A DNA stretch of 64,000 nucleotides, from contig NIVC01003773.1 of NCBI GenBank assembly GCA_002269645.1, positions 1 through 64,000 of the forward strand, read 5' to 3'. The notes under the pieces are model-generated. The model made no database searches. It worked only from the letters and a program-made list of their open reading frames with translations, and was not told where the DNA came from. The position numbers and the translations under genes are program-made. The DNA comes from Macrostomum lignano. Taxonomy: Eukaryota. Shown here piece after piece: positions 12,301-23,789 of the stretch (position 1 is the first letter of the stretch; every line of letters starts with the position of its first letter).

Positions 12301-15300
12301 ATCTGAGTAGGTAGAGTAGGTATCTGAGTAGCTAGAGTTGGTATCTGAGTAGCTAGAGTTGGTATTTGAGTAGGTAGAGAAGGTATCTGAGTAGGTAGAG
12401 TAGGTATCTGAGTAGGTAGAGTAGGTATCTGAGTAGGTAGAGAAGGTATCTGAGTAGCTATAGTTGGTATTTGAGTAGGTAGAGTAGGTATTTGGGTAGA
12501 TACAGTAGACCATTAAATGAGACCAAAAGCAGATAGAACAAGCAGTACAAAGGCTAAACAATACACGCCCCCCCCCCCAAACAACTCAGGTCGGCACCCA
12601 GAAGGCCAAGCAGGGAGGCGAAGATGCGGAAGACTTGGCCAGATTCGCCAGATCCGGTTCCAGTGGAGCGCCTAGCAACAATAGCAGACCAGCTGGTGAT
12701 TCAGATCGCTACAAAGACGCTTGTCAAAGATTGTTCGAATTGCAGAATCGAGTATTAGCTTCGGATGAGGCTGATTCTGCAGACGACAATGAAGCTGGCT
12801 CCTCTTCAGATTCGTCTTCATCTAGCGAAGACGAATCTACCGGAGCTGAGAAGTCTACAACGTCGAGTAAGAAAGTGTTACGCATCACTAGGCGGTTCCG
12901 CAAGCCCGACGGCACGGGTTTCTACACTCGAACCGAGCTGGTTCGCCAGCCTGCGGTTATAGAAATCTATTCTAGAATTCGATCAACTAAATCGGACGAG
13001 TTCATCCGGCAGTTCCTTGGCGACTACGGCGGCGGAGGCGGCAGCGGCGGCCCGGCTAGGCAACTAACTCGAATGGCTTCATCAGAGAGTCTGGGAGGCG
13101 GTGATGCAGCCGATTCTGCAACTGGCGCCAGTTCGAAGAAGCCTACTAAGACAAAAGTGATGACGCCGGCTCTAACTAAGATGAAGTGCGGAGCCTGCGG
13201 TCAGCTGGGTCACATGCGTACGAATAAAGAGTGCCCGATGTACATTAAAAAGGGATCTGGAGCTGCGGCAGGTACACCCAGTAAACCTAGTGGGTCAAGT
13301 CAGCAGCTTCAGCAGCAACCGCAGTTGATTGACGAACTGTCTCAGCAGTCTCAGCAGTCTCAACAGTCTCAGCATTCCGTCACCAATGCTAGCCAAGCTG
13401 AAGATGAGGCCTCTCTGTCTCAAGTAGACGGTACAAAATTGAAGCTAAGCGCTAAAGTGCTCAACTACGTACCGCCTATCGAGCCGCCGCCAGCCTCGGT
13501 GACTAAAAAGAAGCCGTCGTCTTTGAAATCTGCAACTGCTTCTGCTACTGCTAAGTCGAAGAAATTCTCTAAAAAGTCGTCTCTGGCTGCAGCGGAGGCC
13601 GCTGTTTCCGCCGCGTCTGTTGGTTCGACTTTGTCGGATGACTATCTGGCTAAGCCGGCCTTGAAACGGCGCAACCGGCGGCGAGTTGATCCGCAGGTGA
13701 GAAAGTTACTGGTATTGCGATTGATGGCCTGTTGGACTGCCGGAGATAGAGGCCAGGGCAAATGAGACAGACAGACAGACAGACACTACGAGTAAGGACA
13801 AACACTAAGACATACGCTGAGACAGACGCTAGGACAGACGCTAAGACAGACACTAGGACAGGCACTACGAGTAAGACAGACACTGATACAAAGTAAACCG
13901 ATGACAGAAACGCATCAGCTATTTAACACCATAACAACGCATCGCAAAAATGTTCCCAAAAGCAATTTATTTTAAAGCTGTCACGAAAACGCGATTACTC
14001 CATTACTTCATCCCTCAAATCCCCAGGTGGCCCTCACCAGCTTACTCGAGGACGTGTTCGACAAAATCAAAGCGGTAAAAAATTCCCAGGATTTTCTCAA
14101 TCCGGTCAGCGAGAAAGAATATCCGCACTATTATCAGATCATCAAACAGCCGATGGACCTGCTGACTATGAAGGAACGATTGCAGAAGAACCTGTATCAG
14201 ACTCGAGAAGCATTCATCGATGATGTGAATTTGATTTATAAGAACTGCGTCACGTTCAATGGTCAGCATAGCCTGTTGTCTGAGACTGCCAAGTGTATGC
14301 TCAATGTCTGCGCTGAGGAGATCACTGTTCGAGAGGAGAAGCTGATGCGGTGAGACTTTACAGTGCATCGGGAACTTTAGTGTGTCCTAGTGTCTCTAAG
14401 TGTGTGTCCTAGTATCTCTAAGTGTGTGTCCTAGGGTCTCTTAGTGTGTGTCCTAGTGTCTCTTAGTGTGTGTTCTAGTGTCTAGCTTAGTGTCTGTCTC
14501 AGCGTCTGCTTTAGTGTCTGTCCTAGTGAATGCTTTAGTGTCTGTCTTAGTGTCTGCCTTAGTGTCTGTCTTTGTATATGTTTTTGTGTCTGTCTTAGTG
14601 TCGCACAGTGTCTGTCCTAGTGTCTGTCCTAGTGTCTGTCCTAGTGTCTGTCCTGGTGTCTGCCTTAGTGTCTCTCTCATTTAATTCTATATTAGTGTCT
14701 GTCTCCGTGTGTGTTTCAGTGCCTGTCTGTGTCGAGAGACTCAAAAGATTAAGGAATTAAGATGCAAGATTTAGTTCCACGGCTGTATTTACATATATTA
14801 TTGACTCGTTTATACATATGGTGCTAGTATTCGGAGCTGAAGGATAAGGAGGCTCGAACATAACTCGAAACCCGTATTTTAAAGCAGTCTCAAGTGTGAA
14901 CCATCAAGCTATATATAAGTATATCCGTGTACATTATTTATTTTAAGCACACTGCCCTTCTCAAACTGACCCAGCATTGCTTGGAATTCTTGACACTCGA
15001 GGTTTTTTCGGCGAGAAGCCACAGAGAGAGAGATAGAAGGAAGGAAGAATAAATTGAGTCAGGGAAGCTCTGCAAATTTCTACGGTCTTGTTTAAATTCT
15101 CTCCACACAGGATTATATTTTAGTAATATATTATTATAGTATATTTTTGAGTGCAGGATTGATCCCACGAGTCCAGCATCTCAGAAGCAATTTTGCTGAA
15201 TTTCAATTTTTTCCTACGCCACTGGGTAAAGAAAAAATGAGAAAAAATATTGCTTAATTGTGCCGGAAGCTAAAAATTATTTTTACTGGAGTGGGTACGT

Positions 15301-17023
15301 GTTTTTAAATTCAGGGGACTGCAAGGCAGTTATACTCATTTAATAATTTTTTAAAAATATTTAACCTCAAAAAGTTTGTTTATCAGTAACGAGCTCTCGA
15401 CAGACAGTTAAGTCTATCTAGTCATGAAATTGACAGTTGCGATTTACAAGCTTGTTGGCAAAGTCTAGGCTAAAGAAAATCACGATTCCAGAGGTAATAG
15501 TCTACGATAGACAGACAGAAAGTAAGGCCACGTAACTCTCAAGGTCATAGTCTACGATAGGCAGACAGTAGCAGTAGGGCCACGTGACTCTCAAGGTCAT
15601 AGTTTTCGATAGACAGACAGTAAGGCCACGTGACTCTCAAGGTCATAGTTTTCGATAGACAGACAGTAAGGCCACGTGACACTCAAGGTCATAGTCTACA
15701 ATAGACCGACAGTATGCTCACGTGATTTCTCTAGGTCATTAGTTTAACCTCAGAAAAACGACATCCATTACTAATAAAGAAGCTATCCAATCATCATTTC
15801 ACAACGCAGCTACGAGAAGGCCATCAACCCGCTGCTAGACGAGGACGACATGGCCGGTTTGTCGTACATCCTCGGCCAGGCCGTACAGAAAATGGTCGCA
15901 GTTGAAGGCTCTCGACCGTTTCAATTCCGAGTAGATGGTAAAAAATGGCCAGATTATTACACTATAATCACTAAGCCAATGGATTTGGCCACTCTGCAGG
16001 ACAAGGTCAACGCCAAGACTTATCGAAATCGAGACGAATTTCTATCCGACGTACAACTCATTCTGGACAACTGCATCGCTTATAATAGAGATTCGAGCAG
16101 TCTGACTGCAATCGCTAGGAAAATTGTCGAAGCCGGTCGAGAGGCCTTGGCTGTGAATGCTTCAACTCTGGACCAGCTGGAGGCTAACATCAGTCGCAGG
16201 CGGCAGGTTCAAGAGTTTGGCGGCTTTCTGGAAGACGACGGCGACACGTTCGCTGACAGCGCCAGTGTGGCCAGTCAGCGAGCTGTGGACGATGTTGTCA
16301 CATCGACGCAGCAGCCATCAAGTCAGGCGCAACAAAATCAGCAGCAGCAAAGTGAATCTGCTGCGGGCCTGGCTGAGGACCTGCAGCTGTCCGATTCTGA
16401 GGATTCTGACACCGACGACTCGTCTGATGATGGCGGGGGCGCCAATGAAAAGCAGGGTAAGAAAGGGCCACCGCCAGCCTCCCAGATCCTCAGTTGCTGG
16501 GCCAGCCTCCCAGATCCTCATTTTCTGGGCCAGCCTCCCAGATCCTCAGTTGCTGGGCCAGCCTCCCAGATCCTCAGTTGCTGGGCCAGCCTCCCAGATA
16601 CTCAGTTGCTGGGCCAGCCTCCCAGATCCTCAGTTGCTGGGCCAGCCTCCCAGATCATCAGTTGCTGGGCCAGCCTCCCAGATTCTCAGTTGCTGAGCCA
16701 GCCTCCCAGATCCCCAGTTGCTGAGCCAGCCTCCCAGATCCCCAGTTGCTCCATATCCCTCGCAGTAACCCCAGCACTCTCCCCACACGCATCAATCTCC
16801 AGGCAGCGACGCAACGAATGCGCAAGACAACAAAGACAGCGACGAAGATTCGAACCCGGTCGCCGCTAAGCGACCCCGCCGCGAGTCGCCGACGCCCCAG
16901 CAACCGACGTCGGCCGCAACCGCAGCAGTCGACGAAGCATCGAGCAAGGAGGACGCGGCGGTCCGCTTCTACGTTGGAGCCGGCAGCGGCGGTGAGAATT
17001 CGGACGGGTCTCCGATTTCTTGA
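4060..17023 (+). CDS. TAF1: Transcription initiation factor TFIID subunit 1, about 1878 aa; exons 4060-6658, 11365-12102, 12590-13696, 14027-14349, 15810-16456, 16803-17023
   Basis: TAND motif FNLAGFMFGNVNESGELE; RWRFGPAALWYDMLG; DUF3591 core ([85 protein letters not shown]); zinc knuckle CGACGQLGHMRTNKECP; two bromodomains joined by R|YEKAINPLLDEDD. All junctions are GT-AG with consistent phase. Two 1-bp deletions at 4188-4190 and 5870-5872. The last exon is chosen by phase and composition and is less certain. Confidence 0.95.
6710..7640. repeat. 17-bp minisatellite in TAF1 intron 1
   Basis: Unit atcccatcgaatcctat, degenerate at both ends. Confidence 0.95.
8070..8507. repeat. (GACA)n microsatellite in TAF1 intron 1
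   Basis: Directly visible, with recurring aaatcgatagagacggagag interruptions. Confidence 0.95.
8822..9388. repeat. (GATA)n microsatellite in TAF1 intron 1
   Basis: Directly visible. Confidence 0.97.
9935..11170. repeat. 16-bp minisatellite in TAF1 intron 1
   Basis: Unit ctccgacacttcatat and variants. Confidence 0.95.
12135..12500. repeat. 21-bp minisatellite in TAF1 intron 2
   Basis: Unit gagtaggtagagtaggtatct. Confidence 0.92.
13765..13885. repeat. Short degenerate 12-bp array (ctaggacagaca type) in TAF1 intron 3
   Basis: agacagacgctaggacagacgctaagacagacactaggac. Confidence 0.75.
14378..14730. repeat. 12-bp array (tagtgtctgtcc type) in TAF1 intron 4
   Basis: Directly visible; same family as the intron 3 array but reverse-complemented. 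Confidence 0.85.
15495..15735. repeat. 46-bp minisatellite, about 5 copies, in TAF1 intron 4
   Basis: Unit gtaaggccacgtgactctcaaggtcatagttttcgatagacagaca. Confidence 0.88.
16470..16750. repeat. 28-bp minisatellite in TAF1 intron 5
   Basis: Unit gcctcccagatcctcagttgctgggcca. Confidence 0.93.
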
Positions 17024-17154
17024 AATAGACTCTGCTTAGCTCTAATTAATAACAGTTTTCATTAACTGATTGATAGGGTTATTAATGTCGCAATTAATAC
17101 CTAGCTAGTTAATAACCCAGCAATTCCATTATTTTGAATTTGTGTTTCTTATTG

Positions 17155-17812
17155 AACCACCTGTGAGAACCGCCCCCCCCCCCCCTGCAACCCACCTGTG
17201 AGAATCGCCCCCTGCAACCCACCTGTGAGAATCGCCCCCCTGCAACCCACCTGTGAGAATCGCCCCCCTGCAACCCACCTGTGAGAACTGACCCCCTGCA
17301 ACCCACCTGTGAGAATCGCCTCCCCCTGCAACCCACCTGTGAGAATCGCCTCCCCCTGCAACCCACCTGTGAGAACCGACCCCCTGCAACCCACCTGTGA
17401 AAATCGCCTCCCCCTGCAACCCACCTGTGAGAATCGCCCCCCCCCGCAACCTACCTGTGAGAATCGCCCCCCCCCTACAACCCACCTGTGAGAATCGCCC
17501 CCCTGCAACCCACCTGTGAGAATCGCCTCCCCTGCAACCCACCTGTGAGAATCGCCCCCCCCCCCGCAACCTACCTGTGAGAATCGCCCCCCCCTGCAAC
17601 CACCTGTGAGAATCGCCCCCCTGCAACCCACCTGTGAGAACTGACCCCCTGCAACCCACCTGTGAGAATCGCCTCCCCCTGCAACCCACCTGTGAGAACC
17701 GACCCCCTGCAACCCACCTGTGAAAATCGCCCCCCCCCTGCAACCCACCTGTGAGAATCGCCCCCCTGCAACCCACCTGTGAGAATCGCCCCCCCTGCAA
17801 CCCACCTGTGAG
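17155..17812. repeat. About 28-33-bp minisatellite with variable C-run, 3' of TAF1
   Basis: Unit cccacctgtgagaatcg(c)n tgcaa. Confidence 0.95.
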
Positions 17813-18379
17813 TTCTCATCATCTATTTCTGTTCGCACTGGCAGCTGTACATGTTCCTGTAGATCCTGTATTTCTCGTCTATAACGCGCTAATGTAATTT
17901 CATTTGACCTCATTATGTTTCATGTTTGTATGTGTGTGTGTGTGTGCGTGCATGTAAGCCAATTTATCCTGTTTGTATTAAGCCTTTTGTGCGAGGGACA
18001 AAAGGCCTCACAAATATACCGCTCTCTCTGCGTTAATCATCGTGTCGTCGCATTTGCAAATTTTCAAATTTAAAACAAACTTTCATGGTTAGTTTCTTTT
18101 TGCTATAATTTTAGCAGCTGTCACTGAGACAGATGATTTACAAGCTGCGGTATCTGCAATAGGTGAAGAGGTTGCTGCTCTAACTTTTTTGCATCATACC
18201 GCAGGTTAAAAATCCTGTGTTAATCTTTTAATCCTACTGAGAATAAAAGCCCACTAAGCATGATTGAAGGGCAGTCTTGTTGATTCTCAGTTTGTAAATC
18301 ATTATTTTTCATTCCTAAAACTCATAAATTCATATATACCTATTGGCAGAAGGGCTGCGGGCATAACGCCTTCGCTGAG

Positions 18380-19268
18380 GCTGTCTTGGTGTCTGTCTTG
18401 GTGTCTGTCTTGGTGTCTGTCTTGGTGTCTGTCTTGGTGTCCGTCTTGGTGTCTGCCTTGGTGACTGTCTTGCTGTCTGCCTTGGTGTCAGCCTTGGTGT
18501 CAGCCTTGGTGTCAGCCTTGGTGTCAGCCTTGGTGTCAGCCTTGGTGTCTGTCTTGGTGTCTGCCTTGGTGTCTGTCTTGGTGTCTGCCTTGGTGTCTGC
18601 CTTGGTGTCTGCCTTGGTGTCTGTCTTGGTGTCAGCCTTGGTGTCTGTCTTGGTGTCTGTCTTGGTGTCTGTCTTGGTGTCTGCCTTGGTGTCTGTCTTG
18701 GTATCTGCCTTGGTGTCTGCCTTGGTGTCTGCCTTGGTGTCAGTCTTGGTGTCAGCCTTGGTGTCAGCCTTGGTGTCTGTCTTGGTGTCTGCCTTGGTGT
18801 CTGCCTTGGTGTCTGCCTTGGTGTCTGTCTTGGTGTCTGCCTTGGTGTCAGCCTTGGTGTCTGTCTTGGGTGTCAGCCTTGGTGTCTGCCTTGGTGTCAG
18901 CCTTGGTGTCTGTCTTGGGTGTCAGCCTTGGTGTCTGCCTTGGTGTCTGTCTTGGTGTCAGCCTTGGTGTCAGCCTTGGTGTCTGCCTTGGTGTCAGCCT
19001 TGGTGTCTGCCTTGGTGTCTGTCTTGGTGTCTGTCTTGGTGTCTGTCTTGGTGTCAGCCTTGGTGTCTGTCTTGGTGTCTGCCTTGGTGACTCTCTTGGT
19101 GTCTGCCTTGCTGTCTGCCTTGGTGTCTGCCTTGGTGTCTGCCTTGGTGACTGTCTTGGTGTCAGCCTTGGTGTCTGCCTTGGTGTCTGTCTTGGTGTCT
19201 GTCTTGGTGTCAGCCTTGGTGTCTGCCTTGGTGACTGTCTTGGTGACTGTCCTGGTGTCTGTCTTGGT
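18380..19268. repeat. 12-bp minisatellite
   Basis: Units cttggtgtctgc / cttggtgtctgt / cttggtgtcagc. Confidence 0.96.
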
Positions 19269-19274
19269 CGGCAT

Positions 19275-19435
19275 CCATTCAAGCGCGCCAATACTGTACG
19301 CAGGTACGGCACTAATACACACGCTCACACAGGGTGTACAGCGGCCCTGGCTATCTAATCGTCAGGCAAGTGCACTCCCTGTGCCTTGGAGGCTGGCCCT
19401 CGTGGCACACGAGCCCTAAATCAATGCACGGGATG
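19275..19435 (-). mobile_element. Interspersed repeat core (SINE-like family), copy C
   Basis: Aligns by eye with 46865-47000 and 49555-49700; shared block gggccgctgtacaccctgtgtgagcgtgt. Confidence 0.7.
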
Positions 19436-20404
19436 GAATCAGGGGACGTGATGCGGCCGCGTTTACCGCTGCTCTGCCCCCCCCCTCCCCCTTAGACATG
19501 CTTCGGAAAACGAGATCTTTTTTTCAACTGGGCTTAAAGCCATGAGCTGGTTTCCCCTGAGCAGGTATGCTACACTCACTGCTTTCCAAGATTTTTTATC
19601 CCTGATATGCGCCCTCAAAATCCTAGAATCCTACTAGCTAGATTCCGCTTTTTTCTTCCCCATCTGCCTCTTGTGATTCCTAATTTTTTGCTTCCTATTT
19701 TCGATGCCAAACGAAATTAGCGGCACGGGTTCGGAAATAAAATTCAAACAATTTTCATCCTGTTTAGAAGTTTAGAGAGTCGCTTCTGCAGTAATTGATG
19801 CTGTGCGGCCTGAGCTAAAAGCGTTTGGCTCGCATGCAAGGGGTTTCATCACTCAGAGTTTAAGGATGATTCGATCTGTTGGTATAGAGCCAAGAAAACT
19901 CAGATTGTGTGTTTTTGGTCAATTTTCTGGAGAAAAAATGCAAGAAACAACCAAATTGAAAGAGTGGTAATCATCACTGCCCCCGATCAAATGCAATCAT
20001 AGATTTTTTATGCCATAATTATTATTTCTTATCTCCGCAGACCTTGAGACATCTGGCCTAAGGAGCTAGGCAGTGACCGTGTATATGTACGGTTGAAAAT
20101 CCTTTCCGATTTTTAAAGGGCCGTGCTGACGTTGTCAATGGCCGTCGAGAAAAAACCCATGCAGGGTTGTACCTGTCGCTCAGAAACCGCCACATTCAAT
20201 TTTCTCAAGTATCGCATGTATCGCTCGAGAATGAAAACAACTCTAGCTTCAGTCCAACACCTGGGCCACATGATTTGGGAGGGGGGGGGGCTATAGGGCG
20301 CATGGTTATGCCATAAACTTCCAAGAAATCCGGAGCTTTTGGACCGGAGAAGCTCTAAGAGACAGCTGGGCGCCCATCCTTAATCTGATTTTGTAGACTA
20401 TTAA

Positions 20405-20441
20405 AAGGCTGTAGCCCAGTGGTTAGAGCGTCGAACTGTAC
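20405..20441 (+). pseudogene. tRNA-like 5' half (A-box, D-arm, anticodon GTA = Tyr) lacking a proper 3' half
   Basis: aaggctg TA GCCC AGTGGTTA GAGC G TCGAA CT GTA fits tRNA positions 1-36. It is followed by a 22-bp array; no acceptor-stem partner found downstream. Confidence 0.45.
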
Positions 20442-20443
20442 TG

Positions 20444-21148
20444 TGGTGGGCGCCCCTGTCTCTCTTGGTGGGCGCCCCTGTCTCTCTTGGTGGGCGCCCC
20501 TGTCTCTCTTGGTGGATGCCCCTGTCTCTCTTGGTGGGCGCCCCTGTCTCTCTTGGTGGGCGCCCCTGTCTCTCTTGGTGAATGCCCCTGTCTCTCTTGG
20601 TGGGCGCCCCTGTCTCTCTTGGTGGGCGCCCCTGTCTCTCTTGGTGGATGCCCCTGTCTCTCTTGGTGGATGCCCCTGTCTCTCTTGGTGGGCGCCCCTG
20701 TCTCTCTTGGTGGATGCCCCTGTCTCTCTTGGTGGATGCCCCTGTCTCTCTTGGTGGATGCCCCTGTCTCTCTTGGTGGATGCCCCTGTCTCTTTTGGTG
20801 GATGCCACTGTCTCTCTTGGTGGATGCCCCTGTCTCTCTTGGTGGATGCCCCTGTCTCTCTTGGTGGATGCCCCCTTTCTCTCTTGGTGGGCGCCCCTGT
20901 CTCTCTTGGTGGATGCCCCTGTCTCTCTTGGTGGATGCCACTGTCTCTCTTGGTGGATGCCACTGTCTCTCTTGGTGGATGCCCCTGTCTCTCTTGGTGG
21001 ATGCCACTGTCTCTCTTGGTGGATGCCACTGTCTCTCTTGGTGGATGCCACTGTCTCTCTTGGTGGATGCCCCTGTCTCTCTTGGTGGATGCCCCTGTCT
21101 CTCTTGGTGGATGCCACTGTCTCTCTTGGTGGGCGCCCCTGTCTCTTA
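20444..21148. repeat. 22-bp minisatellite, about 32 copies
   Basis: Unit ggtgggcgcccctgtctctctt / ggtggatgcccctgtctctctt. Confidence 0.96.
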
Positions 21149-21618
21149 CGTTCGTGGATGTTCCATCCCAGAGGTGGCAAAAGTTGAGTCCCGGTCATTC
21201 ATTTATGGACAAAGACTGTGGGGGACCCCGGCCCTTCCGCCCTCCGTCCTCCTCGCGTAAAAAGTTTCTTTTTTATAAGCGGATGGATTCGCTAGACAAA
21301 TGAAGCTGAAAGGCCAGAGACTAGAATTCATAAACAAACTGTTCAGGTGTTGCAACTTATAACCTGCAGGCACTCAGGCCATGCAGGACTGGCAGATTAT
21401 ATTTAAAAGACTTGCTATGCTTCGACAGATAATAGCAAAACAGGAAGTGAATTCTAACGTAATTAAAAAGCACCTTGTCACGCAAAGTTAACTAAAATTA
21501 CCTAATTGTAATTAGGTAATTAGGTCTAGCCGTAGCATATTTTATACCCGGACATGTAGTATTGTGAGTCTTCGATGACGCATAGACAGCTACAAGATTA
21601 TCCTGTGTCTCATCCACA

Positions 21619-21845
21619 TCAGTCAGTCAGTCAGTCAGTCAGTCAGTCAGTCAGCCAGTCAGTCAGTCAGTCAGTCAGTCAGTCAGCCAGTCAGTCAGTC
21701 AGTCAGTCAGTCAGTCAGTCAGCCAGTCAGTCAGTCAGTCAGTCAGTCAGTCAGTCAGTCAGTCAGTCAGTCAGTCAGTCAGTCAGTCAGTCAGTCAGTC
21801 AGTCAGCCAGTCAGTCAGTCAGTCAGTCAGTCAGTCAGTCAGTCA
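21619..21845. repeat. (CAGT)n microsatellite
   Basis: Directly visible. Confidence 0.97.
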
Positions 21846-22171
21846 ATATAAAAAATAACAAAGAACACAAGAGCTATCCGTCAGGTACCTGCAGGTAAAA
21901 ACTTTATTAGTTAGACTTTAGCAGAGTTGCAATTGCATGGCTATATTAGAAATTATTAAAACAACAAAAAATGGTCAAACTGCAAATTAAAAAGCACACA
22001 ACTGACAATACTGTATAATACAATAGAATAGGAAATGCACTAAAATTAAAAAATAATCAGGTACAAGAAACTACCGCATCGTTAATAATAGAAAGCGCAA
22101 TTGTCTCGATAAAAAATGAAGCATATTAATATTTGAGCAGCTAATTAGCATATTAGCTCGTACTGAACTAA

Positions 22172-23587
22172 TTAGCGCAATCGGCCATCAGGTTCGGTTT
22201 GCACTCCACAGCGAACACTGATGTTGCCGCGAACCGGACAAGAGCCGATTGGCGGAGCTTCAATGCTGACATTGCCCGCGCTGAGCCTGACCAAATCCAT
22301 GGTGATTGACACCTCGCCTAGCAAGTTAAATTGCCGCTTTTTCCACTGCATTTTCTCTTGTTGCTTGTGCAATTTCTGCTGCTGCTGCTCGCCGGAAAGC
22401 AGCGACTTCACGCCCAGGCGGGGAAAGAAACGGCGTCGTTTGTTTGGCACTCTGTAGGAGCAACCGCCTGCGGGTGGGTGTTGGCTGGGCGATGTACATT
22501 GGAACTGGTTGTGTGATGTACATTGGGACTGGCTGTGGGATGTACATTGGGACTGGCTGTGTGATGTACATTGGGACTGGCTGTGTGATGTACATTGGGG
22601 TCGTCTGTGTGATGTACATTAGGGTAGCTGGGTGATGTGCATTGGGGCTGGCTGTGTGATGTACATTCAGGTTGGCTGGGAGACGTACATTGGGGCTGGC
22701 TAGCGATGTACATAAGGGCTGGCTGCGTGGTGTACATAGGGGTTGTCTGGGTAAGTACATTTTGGCTGGCTAGGAGATGTACTTTGGGGCTGGCTAGCGA
22801 TGTACACACCAGTGTTAATAAATCACTCACCAGCAGCAACAGGTGCATCACAGACCAGCCGAAGCCAGTAAACCTGAAGTGCGACATTAAAATCGGCCGC
22901 CAAGCACGGCACGCTCACAGCGCAAGGAACCGTCAGAGCTGAGGCTTCGCTATAGTCAGCCTGACCCAAATCGGCCATCTTGCTGGCATAAATGCAACCA
23001 ATTGGAGAGCGCAACAAGCATACAAAACAATGCCGTTCGTGTTTTAACAATAGATTGATATCGATTGGCAATAGAATTTGCGACACCTTTAGCTGATAAC
23101 TAGTTGGCCTAGTTGTTGCTAGGCACTCTGTGTCAACTGTAGTTTTGCTCTCAGATTCTTCGGTAGAAATCAATTGCAGTGCGTGCTGCCGCCTCTGCTC
23201 ACATAGCAGAAGCTGGAATAACAGCTGACTAATATCTCCATCACCTTCGGAGTAGTTTAACAGCCTGCTATGAAGTTGGCTAATGGATTCGAGTTCCTCG
23301 TTGACAAGATTTTGCAAACGGTTCCACCCGACGCTGAGACAGGGACAAGCCGGTTCTTCTTCTGCATCTTCTTCCGCGGATATTTCTCCAGAGAATACTG
23401 AGGATGATTTACAACCATCCAAGCGACTGCGTACAATAGAGTACAGGCTAGCACCAGAGGTAGTGTCAGTATTGCTGTCTGGCACTACAACAACAGGCAC
23501 AGCTCGAAACACACCTTCCCGAAGAATTGGTTGAGAACAGTCTTCAGTATAGTTATGATTGTCAATCTGTTTTAGAATTGACTGCAT
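22172..23587 (-). CDS. Anillin/rhotekin-like protein (Rho-binding helices plus anillin-homology C2 domain, no PH domain), about 350 aa; exons 23587-22831, 22467-22172
   Basis: LQNLVNEELESISQLHSRL and QLLFQLLLCEQRRQHAL resemble the anillin RBD. LKVSQILLPI...HCFVCLLRS...IYASKM...ALTVPCAVSVPCLAADFNVALQVYWL resembles the anillin AHD (VTLSEIRLPL...YYYLIILKA...[26 protein letters not shown]). Exon 2 FNLLGEVSITM...VRGNISVRC matches the AHD end. GT-AG intron, phase 1. Confidence 0.7.
22490..22810. repeat. 24-bp minisatellite filling the anillin-like intron
   Basis: Unit gatgtacattgggactggctgtgt. Confidence 0.9.
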
Positions 23588-23789
23588 TATTTAGTTGATC
23601 GAAATTTCAATTTTCTAATGCTGAAATATAGTGTCAAAAAACTCATTGAAAATGCTGTTTTTATAAAGAAAATCAAAATTTATTAATACATTACGGACCC
23701 TAGGGATTAAAAGTGGACCGTTAAAGAATAAAATGAATCAAAAGAAAAAATGGGGCAGAATGTTCTTATAGAGCTTTTCTGTCGGGATT

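Noticed and set aside
16746-17039. ORF-track 97-aa ORF or the 16765 acceptor as the TAF1 last exon
   Set aside because: The phase-1 acceptor at 16802 gives a longer acidic tail (GSDATNAQDNKDSDED...) more typical of TAF1 C-termini; the other frames are Arg-rich and implausible.
20405-21200. Functional intron-containing tRNA-Tyr gene
   Set aside because: No paired T-stem and no 3' acceptor complement (CAGCCTT); kept only as a relic.
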